64,000 nucleotides of DNA from Fibrobacteria bacterium (lineage in GTDB: Bacteria > Fibrobacterota > Fibrobacteria > UBA11236 > JADFYW01): positions 1 through 64,000 of the forward strand of contig JBNKOC010000025.1 in NCBI GenBank assembly GCA_050294405.1, read 5' to 3'. The notes under the pieces were generated by a model. The model made no database searches, was not told the DNA's origin, and saw only the letters and a program-made list of their open reading frames with translations. Below are positions 28,052 through 41,200 of this stretch, in pieces. A program made the translations under genes and the position numbers. Position 1 is the first letter of the stretch. Each line of letters starts with the position of its first letter.

Positions 28052-31000
28052 TTGTCTGCGCAATTTTTTCTGGGTGGTTTGGAACGGGCAATTCCCTGCT
28101 TGTAAATGGCGGTGGGGATGGTAATAGTTTGATCCAGCGCTCTGTATTTTACTTTCCATACATAAACACCGCTTCCCACGAAATTTCCCTCTGCATCTTT
28201 CATATTCCATACCAGCCAGCTGCGAAATCCATTGGGCCCAAGCCTGTTTTCGTTGGCAGTTTCTCCGCACTTTCCAAAACTTTGTACATGGCGATGGATG
28301 AATTTACCCAGATGATCATAGATTTCCACCTCGGCCACATAGCCTCCGAGGGATTCCACAAAAACCGAAGATAGGCAGTTTTGGGGGTATTCCCTAAAAT
28401 CTTCTTCTTCCACCAGATTGGTATTTTCATTACAGTTTTGGCTTAATTGTTTGGGATCGATAGTACCGTCTCCCTTAAGTCCTTGTGGGGGAATCCACAA
28501 CTGAACATAAGAGCCGTCCTGCACCTCGGGCAAAATTAAATTCCCATCTTCATCCAAAGCTCCATAAGCAATGTAAGATTCCACTATGTTGTCTTCGGAC
28601 AAATTAACGCCCACCACCGGATTAAAAATCTTGGAGTCGTTAATAAATTTAGCATCGTCTAATCCCACAGGAGGAACATCATTGTTGGATGGCCTGTTCC
28701 CGGCGGCATCCGAATAACGAGCGTCTGGATTTAGCCAAACACAACCTTCAGAAGAAGGTTTGTAGGCGTCCTTTTCATTGGTTACAATAAACATCCAGCG
28801 TGGGTTGCCGTTTTCATCGGGTTCTATTTCTTGAGGCTTATCCCCTTCGAAATTTTGTAAAAAATGGCCATTATCCTTATCGCAGGTTTGGGAGAATACG
28901 ATTAAGCTGTCCCACCAGAGAGGTCCACTGTCATCCTCTAGCGATATGTATTCGGAAATAGTGACTATTAACGTATCTGGGTTCTGCTTGTATCTGGTTT
29001 TTCCGTTTACATCCACATAGTCGTAAAAACCTAAATCGGAAGGGCGGCGTTCGGCTTTTACGATGGTGGGAGACACGCTATCCATAATTTCCACTTCCTT
29101 GCCTTTGAAAACATTATTAGAGGGCAATGTCAGCTTAGGAGGATTTGTTTCAGAGGCTTTGGTAGCATTTCTGGAAAATTCCTCGCCATTGTCTTTTAGG
29201 CTAATTACAATTATGCTGGAATCGATATTCCCCTCGGCATCTTTATAAAAGAATATTTCTGTTAGGGCCTTGTCTTCGTCATATTCCGCCGTATAATCGT
29301 TGTCCCCTTCCGCAGGCCAGTCAATGGAAAGAATGCTGTTGGGAATGGTCTGCAAATTCCTAGTAAACTTTATAAAGAGGCTATCAGCCCTTCCATCGGA
29401 GTTGCCATCGATAATCCAGGAACGCTCCACTGGAACATAGGCGGCGTCTATATCCAAGGTAGAAGAGGTTGTATCAAATTCTGTTTGCAAAATGGCGGTG
29501 ATGGTTCCGGAGTTTTGGCTTTGTTCATCATCCAATACGCCTACCACTAGCACGTCCGGGTCGGCTTTTTCGTCTTTATACAAGAAAGTATAGGGGACGG
29601 TGGATGAAATAAATTCGCCGCTAAATACATCTGTTTCAATAACCTTGACCTGGATGCTTTCACCTTTGGAATTTACCAGAGTTACCGTAAGAGTGTCCAC
29701 TTCAGTTTGGCTTTCGCTAAAGGCGATAACTTTGATTCTAAAGTCTCCCCCGTTGTATTCGTCCAGATTGGTAATAACATCGCCATTGCTGTCGATAAAT
29801 TCCACGGATTGGCCGCCTTCTTCCAGGATTTTTTTGTTGGCAGTGATATTATTCTTATAAACTGGATCGGAATAGCTAACTTTAATGTCATCATCAGTTG
29901 AACAGCTTAATATGTCATCTCCTATTTCCACTTCTTCTTCATTTTTCAAAATAATACCCTGGTAACTGCCATCGGGTTGTTCAATGAGCAGTAATCTTGT
30001 ATAAACATCTCCTGAGCTTAGGCATTCGATGGTAGCGTAAACGGAATCGTCCACACTGGTAAAATTTTGATCGTTTAAGGTTATGAGCAGTGTGTCGGTT
30101 TCGCGGGTCACGATGCTGCTGCCATTGCTATCTCGAATGGTGATAACTTCCGGTTCGTCCTCATTGGCCACATTCAAAATATCCTGGACAATGCCAAGGG
30201 CGATTCCATCTTTAGAATGGGAATTTACGTTGGCCACTATGAGGCTGTTAAAAAATACTTCGATAATATTATTTTGTGTGTTGGTTGTTTGGTTTTCATC
30301 CATTGGGATGGAAATTCGCCAATAACCGATGCTGTCTTCCTGGGTAGCGCTTCCCAAATCAATGGTAAGTCCATCCCTGCTTTGTTTTCCTGTTCCTGTA
30401 GTGTTGGTTACCGACAAGGTTAAGGACTTGGGCTGGAGGGTGTAGTCGTCAATGTATATTAAGTACAGTGAATCGGAAGCGGGGTCATAATATTCTCCAT
30501 CGGGTATGGGAATTCCTGCAGAGTTGGTGAACATTATTTGGGCGGTTACTTCCCCGGCGGAACCATAATTCACTTGGGTAGAAGCCTCATCATTATCCAC
30601 AGGGTCGGCGTAGCTTGCGGTAATTTTGTCTGCTTTTACAATTTGCAGCAAATTATCTCCACTATTGGAATCGGGGTTTTTATCCACAGGAATCACAACC
30701 CCATATGTTCCTGGTCCCACCAGAGTAATGGGAAGTGTTAAGGTATCTGCGCCTCTGTTTTGTCCGTAGGTGGGGATACTGATAATGGTTACCTGGTAAT
30801 TTTTGCTCAAATCCCAGGCCTGGTCCTTAATAATTAAATACAAAGAATCTTCCGTTCCGTTGTATTCGGATAAGCGGTTGGTAGAACTAAGAGAAGTTGT
30901 GAAAAATATGTCGGATTGTACGGGAAAAGGCCTTACCGATAAAGTATCAGCCACGGCATCTGATGAATTATTCGGATTGGTCCAGCTTACCACAATGTTA

Positions 31001-34000
31001 TCGTAATTGTCGGCCTGAATAGTTCCATCGGAGCCAGGTGACGTTGTAGTCACACTAAAAGGAATTTCTGCCTGGTATTTAAAATAATCGCCATTTCTAC
31101 CTACCAGGGACAGGTTTAATATTTCACTATCCCCTTTGGACGTGGTAACGGCAAGAGGCGTAACTGCGTTTAAATCCGCTTCTGAAGTTTGGATAACCAC
31201 ATAAAAAGAATTGTTGCGCTCAGTGATGTAGGCCACTTCCTGCAAGTTTCCATCGAGCAAGGATAGGGAAGAAGGCAGATTTAATTTGGTGTAAATAACC
31301 ACTAAAACTTCACTGTTAGCCCATCCGGTTTTGGTAGCAATAACCCGCAATGTATCTGATTTGGTAATATGGATTTGCTGGGTGTAGGCCGTTGAACCGG
31401 AGTTTGGAGTCGTGCCATCCAGCGTGTAATAAATATTAGCGCCTGTAGTGGGTACGGAAAGTCTTACAAATACATCCGCCCCGAAACTGGTATCTCCCGG
31501 AATCGCGATGGGCGTGGGGACTCTGGGGGTATAGTTAAAAGTAGCCATTGGGCTTTGCACATAGGCATCCGAACCTTGAGGGTTAAAGGCGATGGCTCTT
31601 ATGGTTGTAGGTTGGCTCAAAACAATGGGACTTAGGTATCTTTGAGAGTTGACAGTGGGAGTAGTTCCATCTGTAGTATAGCGAATAATGGCATTGGTTA
31701 CAGTGGGGTTGGAAAGTACAACGCTGGTATCACCGGAAAAAATGGTTCCTGAGGGTGGGTTAGCTGTGGGAGCTTCCAGAGTGTCTCTTTTAGTATAAAC
31801 TTCCGTTACAATACCAGAAGGGTTTTTAGGAGGGTCTACGGCTCTAAACCTCAAAGTAGTGTTAGACGTAATAGTAAGCGGTACGGAATATAAAAGAGTG
31901 CTGCCGCCCACCGTGGTAGCAGGATTGCTGCCATCTAAAGTGTAGTGAATGTTATCCCCCACAGAATCGGGGTACAATGTTACGGTGGTATCTTCTGTAA
32001 AGTAAGTTGTAGTGGGGATAGCATAGGGAAGGCCGGTGTTGTCTCTATCATTTAGAATAACTGTTACCACAGAGCTTATTACAAAATTGTCAATGTTGTC
32101 ATTCGCCAAATAGGCCACAACCCTTACGGTAACACTGGAATCTAAAAATATGCCCGCACCTGGAGTGTATAGTGTGCCCTGGGTGTTGCTGGGAACAGTT
32201 GCCCCATCTAAAGTGTAACGGATTTGTGCTCCTGGAGTAGTTACATCAAAATAGATGGTGGTGTCATTTTGAAAGTAAGTGCCAGAAGTAATGATGCCGC
32301 CCACATTGTCTTCCACAGTAGGATTCGCAATGGATTTGGGGTTAATAGTTACCGATTTGGTGGCCACATCAGAAGTGAAGATAGGATCGTTGTAACTGGC
32401 TTCTACTGCATCTCCGGGAAGTTTGGCTTGCAGGTCTCCATCGTTTTGGGTGATGGGATCATAAGATAAAGAAATGGAGCCCACCAGGTTCCCACCACTG
32501 GGGGACAAGGTTACAGTCTCCACATCTCCATCGGATACCAATGAGACCGTATAAGTGGAGTCGGGGTGGTAAGTTTGGTCCACCACAATTACATAAATGG
32601 TGTTGTTGGCTTCTCCGAAACTGCTTACAGTATCTGCGAGAGAAGTTGAAGTGCTAAAATAAACCTGAGCAGATTGATTGTCCGGCTGCACAAATACGGT
32701 ATCGCTTACCACATCAGACCCATCCAAAGGGTTGGTCCATGTTATGATTAAAGTATCAAATATGGAGGTTTCCAAAACGCTGGTTTGATCCGGGCTGTTA
32801 TCTTGCTCGATAACCAAGGAGCCTCGTTGGTATATGCGTGCATAGCTGCCATTTGAACCGGCTATGTGGGAAGAGGTTAGAGATAAATTAACAACATCCC
32901 CGGAGTTGACCGCAGTGATTACAGGCTGCAAAGTAGCGTTTCCATAATAATTGGTGGATAGCTGGATGGAGTAGCTGGTTTGGGAATTATATAAGGTGTT
33001 GTTTAAGAAAGGTTGAAAGCTGGGATCCAGAATTTCGATTTGCGAATTACTGGATGTTCTGGTTACCGTAAAGGTTAAAATTTCACTGTCGTCCCAATAG
33101 GCTTTGGTGGCAATGGCTCTAATGGTTGTGGTGTTACTGATTTGAAAGGAACCGGTATAGGGAGTAGAGCTGCTGGTGGGGACGCTTCCATCTGTGGTGT
33201 AATAAATAGTAGTGGGGCTTGGGGTGTCGGTAAAAAGAGTAATGTTTGTAAAGGAACTGAAATTATTTCCAGCGCTGCTGGTATACTGGGGTGGTTCCAC
33301 CTGGGGGCGGATAATTAAAAGGGTGTCCGAGGCGGCGTCCCTGGGATCTCTGGGGTGAACCCAGTTGGCTATGACCATGCCTCCGTTAATTTCTTCCACA
33401 TTTAAATTGTTAGCCGTAAAATTAGTTTGGGCGGAAAACCCAATGGTACCTCTGTATATGGAATCCAGGGAGTTGCCTCTGGTAATGTTAAATATTTCAC
33501 TGTCTCCATTGATAGTTGTATTTATGTTTGTGCTGGCAGGAGATACATTGGAGTAGGATGTTAATTGCAGGCCAAAATTATTAGCGTATGGGTAAGTTAG
33601 CTGGGCAATAGGAGTATAAGAGGAATTAGTGAAAACCAATCTGCTTGCCGGGCTACAGGTAATATCAAAAAGAGAATCCGGCAGGGAGATGTCCCCGCTT
33701 CTGGTTTCCACGGGCCCGGAAGCGTCAATGGTAAAAGTATAGGTAACGGGAGGATCTTGAATTCCATTTTGAGAGGCAATACTGGTAACCTCTATTACAT
33801 TTGTACCTTGCTGGAGGGGGAGCACGCTATCTAATTGCACCTGATATTCCGCCGGGGCAATTTCCAAATGGCTTGTGGAAACAGAACTAATGTTTAAGCT
33901 TTGGTTTTCAATGGTTGTGGAAACGGGCACACCGGGAGCAATGACTGTATTAACAATTTCCTGCATGGCTTGTGACAATTGACTTGGAGAAATGTTAGGG

Positions 34001-34875
34001 TAATAGCCGCCGCCGGTTCTAATGGTAAGGTCTTCTAATGGCCCGTAATCCTTTCCAATCATAATGGCATATACAGCGGCGTAGTTCGTGGAGTCGTAAT
34101 TTTGTACAAGGTTTAAGAATTCATTCACTTCGCCGTCTGAGGTGGGTTCTCCGTCAGTGACAAAAATAATTGCCTGTCTGTCGTGAGGAGTTAAGTTGTC
34201 GTCGGATAACCAGCTGTTAGTTTGCAAAAAAGCCCTATAATAATTTGTGCCGGATGGATCTCTACTGCCGCAATTCTGATAATAGTCAGATGAGCTATAG
34301 GATGCTTCATAGAATAAATCCTGCAACTGCGTTCCAGAGTTTAACGGACCAGGTAGTATTCGAGTGTCAGCCTTGTTTGCCAGCCTTTGACCTGCTCCGA
34401 ATCCGTTTTGCTGGGCGCCATCACATAGTCCATTACCAAAACCAAAAAAACCAACATGTGAAGCTGGGGTTAAGCTATCTAAAATTTCAAGTGCGTCGTA
34501 TACAACTGTGGGGGCCACAAATCCAGGGTCAGTGTATGTCATACTTCCACTTTGGTCCACCACAAAAATAATATCGCCGGGAACATTTACTGAGCTGGAG
34601 GGAGATAAACATATGGAAACACCATCGGCTGTTAAACGTGTTACGTTGGAGGGTAAGATAACCGAGCCTCCTCCGCCAACTTCAGTCATATCAATACACT
34701 CACTGGTCACCAATTGGCAGCCTACATCCTGAGCTACGGCGCTGGAAAAAGTTCCTCCTAAAAACATCAAAAAAGCGAGAAAAAAAGGGGTTTTAACCCC
34801 TTTTTTCCAGCTTTTGTTTTTTGAAACTTTTCTTGTGGAATGGCTATTTGAACTGTCTTTAAGGCGATTTGCCAT
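28048..34875 (-). CDS. Giant secreted vWA plus Ig-like/FN3-associated repeat protein, paralog A
   Basis: 2275 aa; signal peptide; MIDAS DQSGS...T...TDG; five YT[T/L]DG chitobiase/FN3-associated modules; DGNSDG Ca-binding-like loop; C-terminus IYDHLGKF...WNMKD..G..VGSGVYVWK. Confidence 0.85.
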   Translation of the reverse strand: MANRLKDSSNSHSTRKVSKNKSWKKGVKTPFFLAFLMFLGGTFSSAVAQDVGCQLVTSECIDMTEVGGGGSVILPSNVTRLTADGVSICLSPSSSVNVPGDIIFVVDQSGSMTYTDPGFVAPTVVYDALEILDSLTPASHVGFFGFGNGLCDGAQQNGFGAGQRLANKADTRILPGPLNSGTQLQDLFYEASYSSSDYYQNCGSRDPSGTNYYRAFLQTNSWLSDDNLTPHDRQAIIFVTDGEPTSDGEVNEFLNLVQNYDSTNYAAVYAIMIGKDYGPLEDLTIRTGGGYYPNISPSQLSQAMQEIVNTVIAPGVPVSTTIENQSLNISSVSTSHLEIAPAEYQVQLDSVLPLQQGTNVIEVTSIASQNGIQDPPVTYTFTIDASGPVETRSGDISLPDSLFDITCSPASRLVFTNSSYTPIAQLTYPYANNFGLQLTSYSNVSPASTNINTTINGDSEIFNITRGNSLDSIYRGTIGFSAQTNFTANNLNVEEINGGMVIANWVHPRDPRDAASDTLLIIRPQVEPPQYTSSAGNNFSSFTNITLFTDTPSPTTIYYTTDGSVPTSSSTPYTGSFQISNTTTIRAIATKAYWDDSEILTFTVTRTSSNSQIEILDPSFQPFLNNTLYNSQTSYSIQLSTNYYGNATLQPVITAVNSGDVVNLSLTSSHIAGSNGSYARIYQRGSLVIEQDNSPDQTSVLETSIFDTLIITWTNPLDGSDVVSDTVFVQPDNQSAQVYFSTSTSLADTVSSFGEANNTIYVIVVDQTYHPDSTYTVSLVSDGDVETVTLSPSGGNLVGSISLSYDPITQNDGDLQAKLPGDAVEASYNDPIFTSDVATKSVTINPKSIANPTVEDNVGGIITSGTYFQNDTTIYFDVTTPGAQIRYTLDGATVPSNTQGTLYTPGAGIFLDSSVTVRVVAYLANDNIDNFVISSVVTVILNDRDNTGLPYAIPTTTYFTEDTTVTLYPDSVGDNIHYTLDGSNPATTVGGSTLLYSVPLTITSNTTLRFRAVDPPKNPSGIVTEVYTKRDTLEAPTANPPSGTIFSGDTSVVLSNPTVTNAIIRYTTDGTTPTVNSQRYLSPIVLSQPTTIRAIAFNPQGSDAYVQSPMATFNYTPRVPTPIAIPGDTSFGADVFVRLSVPTTGANIYYTLDGTTPNSGSTAYTQQIHITKSDTLRVIATKTGWANSEVLVVIYTKLNLPSSLSLLDGNLQEVAYITERNNSFYVVIQTSEADLNAVTPLAVTTSKGDSEILNLSLVGRNGDYFKYQAEIPFSVTTTSPGSDGTIQADNYDNIVVSWTNPNNSSDAVADTLSVRPFPVQSDIFFTTSLSSTNRLSEYNGTEDSLYLIIKDQAWDLSKNYQVTIISIPTYGQNRGADTLTLPITLVGPGTYGVVIPVDKNPDSNSGDNLLQIVKADKITASYADPVDNDEASTQVNYGSAGEVTAQIMFTNSAGIPIPDGEYYDPASDSLYLIYIDDYTLQPKSLTLSVTNTTGTGKQSRDGLTIDLGSATQEDSIGYWRISIPMDENQTTNTQNNIIEVFFNSLIVANVNSHSKDGIALGIVQDILNVANEDEPEVITIRDSNGSSIVTRETDTLLITLNDQNFTSVDDSVYATIECLSSGDVYTRLLLIEQPDGSYQGIILKNEEEVEIGDDILSCSTDDDIKVSYSDPVYKNNITANKKILEEGGQSVEFIDSNGDVITNLDEYNGGDFRIKVIAFSESQTEVDTLTVTLVNSKGESIQVKVIETDVFSGEFISSTVPYTFLYKDEKADPDVLVVGVLDDEQSQNSGTITAILQTEFDTTSSTLDIDAAYVPVERSWIIDGNSDGRADSLFIKFTRNLQTIPNSILSIDWPAEGDNDYTAEYDEDKALTEIFFYKDAEGNIDSSIIVISLKDNGEEFSRNATKASETNPPKLTLPSNNVFKGKEVEIMDSVSPTIVKAERRPSDLGFYDYVDVNGKTRYKQNPDTLIVTISEYISLEDDSGPLWWDSLIVFSQTCDKDNGHFLQNFEGDKPQEIEPDENGNPRWMFIVTNEKDAYKPSSEGCVWLNPDARYSDAAGNRPSNNDVPPVGLDDAKFINDSKIFNPVVGVNLSEDNIVESYIAYGALDEDGNLILPEVQDGSYVQLWIPPQGLKGDGTIDPKQLSQNCNENTNLVEEEDFREYPQNCLSSVFVESLGGYVAEVEIYDHLGKFIHRHVQSFGKCGETANENRLGPNGFRSWLVWNMKDAEGNFVGSGVYVWKVKYRALDQTITIPTAIYKQGIARSKPPRKNCADN

Positions 34876-35274
34876 ACGATTATCTCCAGCTGTAGAAAAC
34901 TAAGGTCTGTAAAAAATTTTGTGACCTAAAATTTAATTAGTGAATTAAATTCTGATGCAAAGAATTTTTAAACACCCACAGAGCTTTATTTTTTATTTGA
35001 GATGTAACAGTATTCCGCAGATCCCTTTTGCGAAAACCCTACCGCACACCAACTAAATTCCCAATAGTATTAGTATATAATTTTGATTCTGGAGAATTGA
35101 ATTATTTTTTCTTTTTTGGGAAATTTAAATCACAAAAATTTTAAACAGAAATTGCTGAATTAGTACCAAGACCTGATATCCAAAAAGCCGGATCACCCCA
35201 GGAGCCCCGTGGAGGCTTTATTGGGGCCTCCTAAGTACTCCATTATATTTTTGAGACTATAAAAAGCTCAAAAT

Positions 35275-38200
35275 TTAATTATCCGCGCAATTTTTATCGG
35301 GAGGGTTAGAGCGAGCAATACCCTGTTTGTAGATGGCAGTGGGTATGCTGACTTCATTATTGAGGGCGCGGTATTTCACTTTCCAAACATAAACGCCACT
35401 TCCCACAAAATTTTCATCTTTATCTTTCATATTCCAAACCAGCCAGCTTCTGAATCCATTGGGTCCAAGGCGGTTTTCATTGGCTGTTTCGCCGCATTTT
35501 CCGAAACTTTGGACAGATCTGTGGATAAATTTACCCAGGTGATCGTAAATTTCCACTTCGGCAATATAGCCACCCAGAGTTTCCACAAAAACAGAAGACA
35601 GGCAGTTTTGGGGGTAATTTCGAAAATCCTCTTCCTCAACTTGGTTAACCTGGTTGTTGCATTGCTGAGATAAAAGCTCTTCACTGATACTGCCATCGGA
35701 ATCAAGCCCCTTTGGAGGGATCCAAAGCTGCACAAAGGAGCCGTCTTCCACATTGGGTAAAGTGATATTTCCGTCATCATCCAAAGCCCCGTAAGCGATA
35801 TAGGTTTGGGCCAGGTTGTTTTCGTTGAGGTTTACACCCACAACCGGATTAAAAATTTTGGATTCGTTAATAAATTTTGCGTCTTCTTCACCCACAGGGG
35901 CCACCTCGTTGCGGGAAGGCCGGTTGCCGGAGGCATCGCTGTAGCGGCTATCTGGATTTAGCCAAACGCAGCCTTCGGAAGTTGGCTTGTAGGCATCTTT
36001 ATCATTGGTGACTATAAACCGCCAACGGATATTGCCGTTTTCATCCGGTTCTAAGGGTAAGGGCCTATCACCTTCGTGATTTATTAAAAAATGCCCGTTG
36101 TCTTTATCACAGGATTGGGAAAACACAATTAAACTATCCCAAGGAGAACCCGTTTCGTCATCTAGAATCAAATCCTCGGAAAAAGTGACGATTAACGTAT
36201 CTGGATTCTGCTTGTATCTGGTTTTTCCGTTGGAGTCCACATATTTATAAAAGCCCAAATCCGAAGGCAACCGCTCGGCAACCAAAATAGTGGGGGCCAC
36301 GTTATCGAGAATTTCAACTTCTTGCCCCTTAAAAATATTGTTGCTGGGTAGGGTTAATTTGGGAGGATTGCTGGAATTTGCCTGGGTTTTGCCAGGTTCA
36401 AAACTTTCAGCATTGTCTTTCAACACAATTAAAATTAAGCTGGAGTCGATATTTCCCTCGGCATCCTTGAAAAAGGAAATTTCTGTTATGCTCTCGTCTT
36501 CATTGTATTTGGCGGTGTAATTGTTTTCCCCTTCCCCAGGCCAGTCAATGGACAGGATGCTATTGGGAATTGAAGTTAAGTTTTCTTTAAAACGGATAAA
36601 CAAGCTGTCGGCAATGCCATCGGAATTGCCATCCACAATCCAGGATTTTTCCACGGGAATATAAGCGGCTTCAATTTCCAGGGAATTGGAGCTGGAATCC
36701 CTCTCGGTAATTAAAACGGCGGTTACCGTTCCCTTGTTGTGGCTGTTTTCCTCATCCAGTTTGCCCACAACCAAAGTGCCTTCCTCTGCTGTTTCGTCTT
36801 TATATACAAAGGTGTAGTCCACCTCCTCAGAAATAAACTCATTAGAATAGACATCGGTTTCCACCACTTTAACCTCAATGGACTCCCCATTGGAATTCAC
36901 TAAAGTCACTGTAAGGGTATCGATTTCCGTTTGGCTTTCGCTAAAGGCATTTACTTTAATTCTAAAATCACCTCCGCTAAATTCATCAAGATTGTTTATA
37001 GTGTTTCCTTTGCTATCAATAAAGGAAATGGTTTGGTTTACCCCTCCATCGATTTTTTCGGAATCCAAAGCCTTGGTTTTATAAATGGGGTCTACATAAC
37101 TCACTTTGATTTCATCATCTGAGGCGCAGGATAGCACACTGTCGCTGGAGTTTCTTTCTTCTTCATTTTTAACAACCTTGCCCACATAAACCCCTTTGCT
37201 GGTTTCAATGAGGGTGACACTTTTTACCAGGTCCCCGGATTTCAAACATTGCACCGTGGCGATTAAGGTATCCAGGCTGTTAGTGAAATCCTGATCTTTT
37301 ACGGTGATGGTAATTTCCTCCACTTCTCTGGCTATGTGGGTGTTTCCATCGCCGTCGGTAATAACAACGCTTTCTTCCTCATTTTCATAGGCCACAATTA
37401 ATACATCGCTCACCTGGCTAAGGGCAGAACCTGTTTTAGAATGGGCTTGAACAGAGGCGGTGATTTCTCCCATAAAGAATATTTCTAAAATGGAGTTGTT
37501 TTTATCTGTGGTTTCGGATTCGGCCATGGCGATACTTACAGTCCAAATACCTATGCTATCCTGTTTTTCAGGATTTGATAGTTCGATATTTAAGGCATCA
37601 TAGGTTTTTACTCCATTTCCCTTTGTGTTTTCCACATTAATAATAAGAGTTTTGATTTTTGTGGTGTAGTCATCTATATACATAATGTATACGGAATCCG
37701 CTGCGGGGTCGTAATACAAACCATCTTCAAGAGGAATGCCCATGGAATTGGTAAACATGATTTTCGCGCTAACCTCTCCGGCAGAACCGTAATTCACCTG
37801 GGTAACGCTGTTATCTCCATCTACTGGGTCGATGTAGCTTGCTCTTATTTTATCTCCTTTAACAATTTGCAGTAGATTATCTGATGTGTTGGAGGAAGTG
37901 GACTTGTCCACAGGAATAACAATACCATAACTGTTATTCCCAACCTGGGTTAAGGGCAAGGTCAAGGTATCCGGAGATCTGTTTGTCCCAAAAACGGGGT
38001 CGCTAATGATAGTTACCTGGTAGTTTTTGCTGAGATCCCAGGCTTGATCTTTAACTACAAGATATAAAGAATCTTCTGATCCCTGGTATTGGGTTAAGCG
38101 GGAACTGGAAAGCAGGGAATTGGAAAAATACATATCCGCTTGAATTGGAAAAGGCCTTACAGATAATGTATCGGTTACCACATCGCTTCCGTTGTTGGGG

Positions 38201-41200
38201 TTAGTCCAGCTGACCACAATATCATCATAAGGCCGGCTTTGCATGGTTCCGTTGCTACTGGGGCTGCCACTTATTACGCTAAAAGGAACTTCCAATTGGT
38301 ATTTGAAGTAATCTCCGCTACGGCCTACCTGGGTTAGCGTCAATATTTCGCTGTCTCCCAGGGATAAAGATGTGGCCAAGGGAGTTACAGATGAAAGATC
38401 AGCCTCTGAGGTTTGGAGAATAACATAAAAAGAACTGTTTTTCTCAGTTAAATATTCAACCTCTTGCTGATTCCCATCCAGTAATACCAGGCTGGAAGCC
38501 AAAAACTGTTTGGTGTAGGTGGCTGAATTCACATCGCTGTTTGCCCAACCGGTTTTTACGGCAATTGCCTTTAACGTGGTGGTTTGGGTGATTTGAATAA
38601 GCTGGGAATAACTGGGAGAGCTCGCAGTAGGATTTGAACCATCCAGCGTGTAATGTATTGTGGCCCCTTGAGTTTCTACTGTAAGCCGAACAAATATATC
38701 GGCTCCAAAGGAGCTGTCTCCGGGGATGATTTCCGGGGTGGGCAGCTTAGGAGTGTAAGTAAACGTTGCCACTTCACTCTTAACATAGGCATCGGAACCT
38801 TGAGGGTTAAATGCTACGGCTTTGAGGTTAGTGGGCTGGCTGAAAGTAAGCGCACCCAGGTACCTTTGAGAATTGGTTGTGGGAGTGCTTCCGTCCGTGG
38901 TATAGCGAATAATGGCATTGGTTACGGTGGGGTTGGACAATACCACATTTGTATCTCCAAAAAACTGGGTACCGGAAATTGGAGTTGCTACCGGCGCCTC
39001 TAAGCTATCTCTTTTGGTATAGACTTCCGTAACGATAGAGGAAGATTTTTTCGGAGGATTGGCCGCCCGGAATTTTACAGTGGTTGTGGCGGAAATATTG
39101 AGGCTACTGCCATACAATAGGGTGCTTCCGCTTGCCACTGTGTCCGGATTGCTCCCGTCCAATGTATAGAAAATATCATCGGAAGGGTCTTCTGGATTTA
39201 AGCTAACAGTTGTATCTTCTGTAAAATATGTGGTTTTAGGGTTAGCGTAAGGAAGGCCGGTGCTTCCCGTGTCGTTTAAACTAACGGTGACCAGGTTACT
39301 CAAAACGAAATTGTCGATGTTATCATTTTCCAAATAGGCGATAACGCGCACTTCCGTGCTTTGAGTTAAATTTATGGGGGTTCCCATTGTATATAGCGTT
39401 CCCACAGTATTGCTGGGAACTGTAGAACCATCCAAAGTATAACGAATTTGAGCGCCTGCGGTACTTACATCCAAATAAATAGTGGTATCATCGGCAAAAA
39501 AGGTGCCTGAACTAATAACACTTCCACCGTTGTCTTCCACAGTGGGGTCTGCAATAGATTTGGAACCAATAGTAATGGATTTTACCTTTTCATCACTTGG
39601 AAAAACAGGATCTGTATATGTTGCCTGAATTTCATCTCCGGGTAGTTTGGCCTGGATGCTGCCATTATTTTGGCTAATGGCCCCGTAGTCCATGTTTATG
39701 GACCCTACCAGGTTTCCGTTAACTACGCTTAAGCTTATGGTTTCCACATCGCCATCTGTTACCAATTCCACCTGATAGCTGGAATCCGGGTGGATGGTTT
39801 GGTCCACTACAATTACAAATATTTCTGTGTCGCTATCCGAGAAACTGCTCACGCTGTCCGCAAGGGAACTGGATGTGCTGAAATGTATTTGTGCTTCTGT
39901 ATTGGCGGGTCGAACAAAAACAGTATCTGCGACCGCATCGCTGTTGTCTAAGGGGTTTGTCCAATTTATGATTAAAGTGTCATAGGCGGCAGTCTCTAAT
40001 ACACTGGTTTGCTCGGGACTGTTGTCCATTTCGATGGACAGAGAAGCCCTTCGGTAAATTCGGGCGTAATTAGAATTTGAACCTGTAATGTGAGAGGAGG
40101 TCAGGCTGATATTTAAAACATCACCGGTGACCGAGGCTGTTACAGCAGCTTGAAGGCTTGAACTTCCGTAATAATTGGTTTCCAGTTGAATGGAAAAATT
40201 GCTTTCGGAGGTATATACAATATTGTTTTCAAAAGGCTGATAACTTTGGTTTAGTATGGCTATTTGTGAAGCGGAGCTGGTGCGAGTAACAGCTACTGTT
40301 AAAATTCCAGAATTTTGCCATCCAGATTTTACAGCGATGGCTCTTAAAGTTAAAGCCTGGGTAATAACCGGCGGGTTGTTTGGATCGTAAAGAAGGGACC
40401 CTGTGCTAGGAGTTGAGCCGTCCAAGGTATAATAAATAGAAACGGGGCTTGCCGTACTGGTATATAATATAGCCTCAGTGAAGGATGTAAATGGGTTTCC
40501 ATTGCTAAAACTCACCTGAGGGGTGGCTACCTGCGGCTGCTGCACATTCAATTGGTATTGGGCAAAGTCTGCGGAATCTCTGGGGTGGTACCAACTGACT
40601 GTGATTAAGTCGCCCAACCTGGCCTGAGAAATGGCATCATTAACATTGCCGCCGCCTAAAGTGGTTTGAAAATTAACAGTGGTCATGAAACTATCCACGC
40701 CATTTGAGGTTAAACCAGAAGTTAATCTATCCAAAGCATCTCTGGATGTAATAAGGGCTTCCGGGGAATCGTCTCCGGATTTTGTATCCAGAATAATGCC
40801 GTAAGAGGCCGACTGATATCCCAAAGTGGTTATAATGTTTCTGTCGCTTAGATTATCTACGACATTAATGCTGCTTGGCTCCACGCAAGTGATATCAAAA
40901 AGAGAATCGGGAAGATTAATATCCCCCAGGTTAGGAGTTGGAGTCCCACTTACATCAATTGTGATATTATATACAACGGTATCCGAAGGAACGCCGTTTT
41001 TTGAGCTAATGGAATTAATAGTGAGAGCGTTTAACCCGGATTCAAGTCCTAGTATTTCATCCAGCACCACCTGATATTGGCCGTTGGTTATTTGATTGTG
41101 GCTTATGGACTGGGATAGCTGGCCGTTTGTGGAGTTGCTAATAGTTGTTTGAACAGGCACACCTGGGGAAATAACTTCTTGAACCACCGCCTGCATAATG

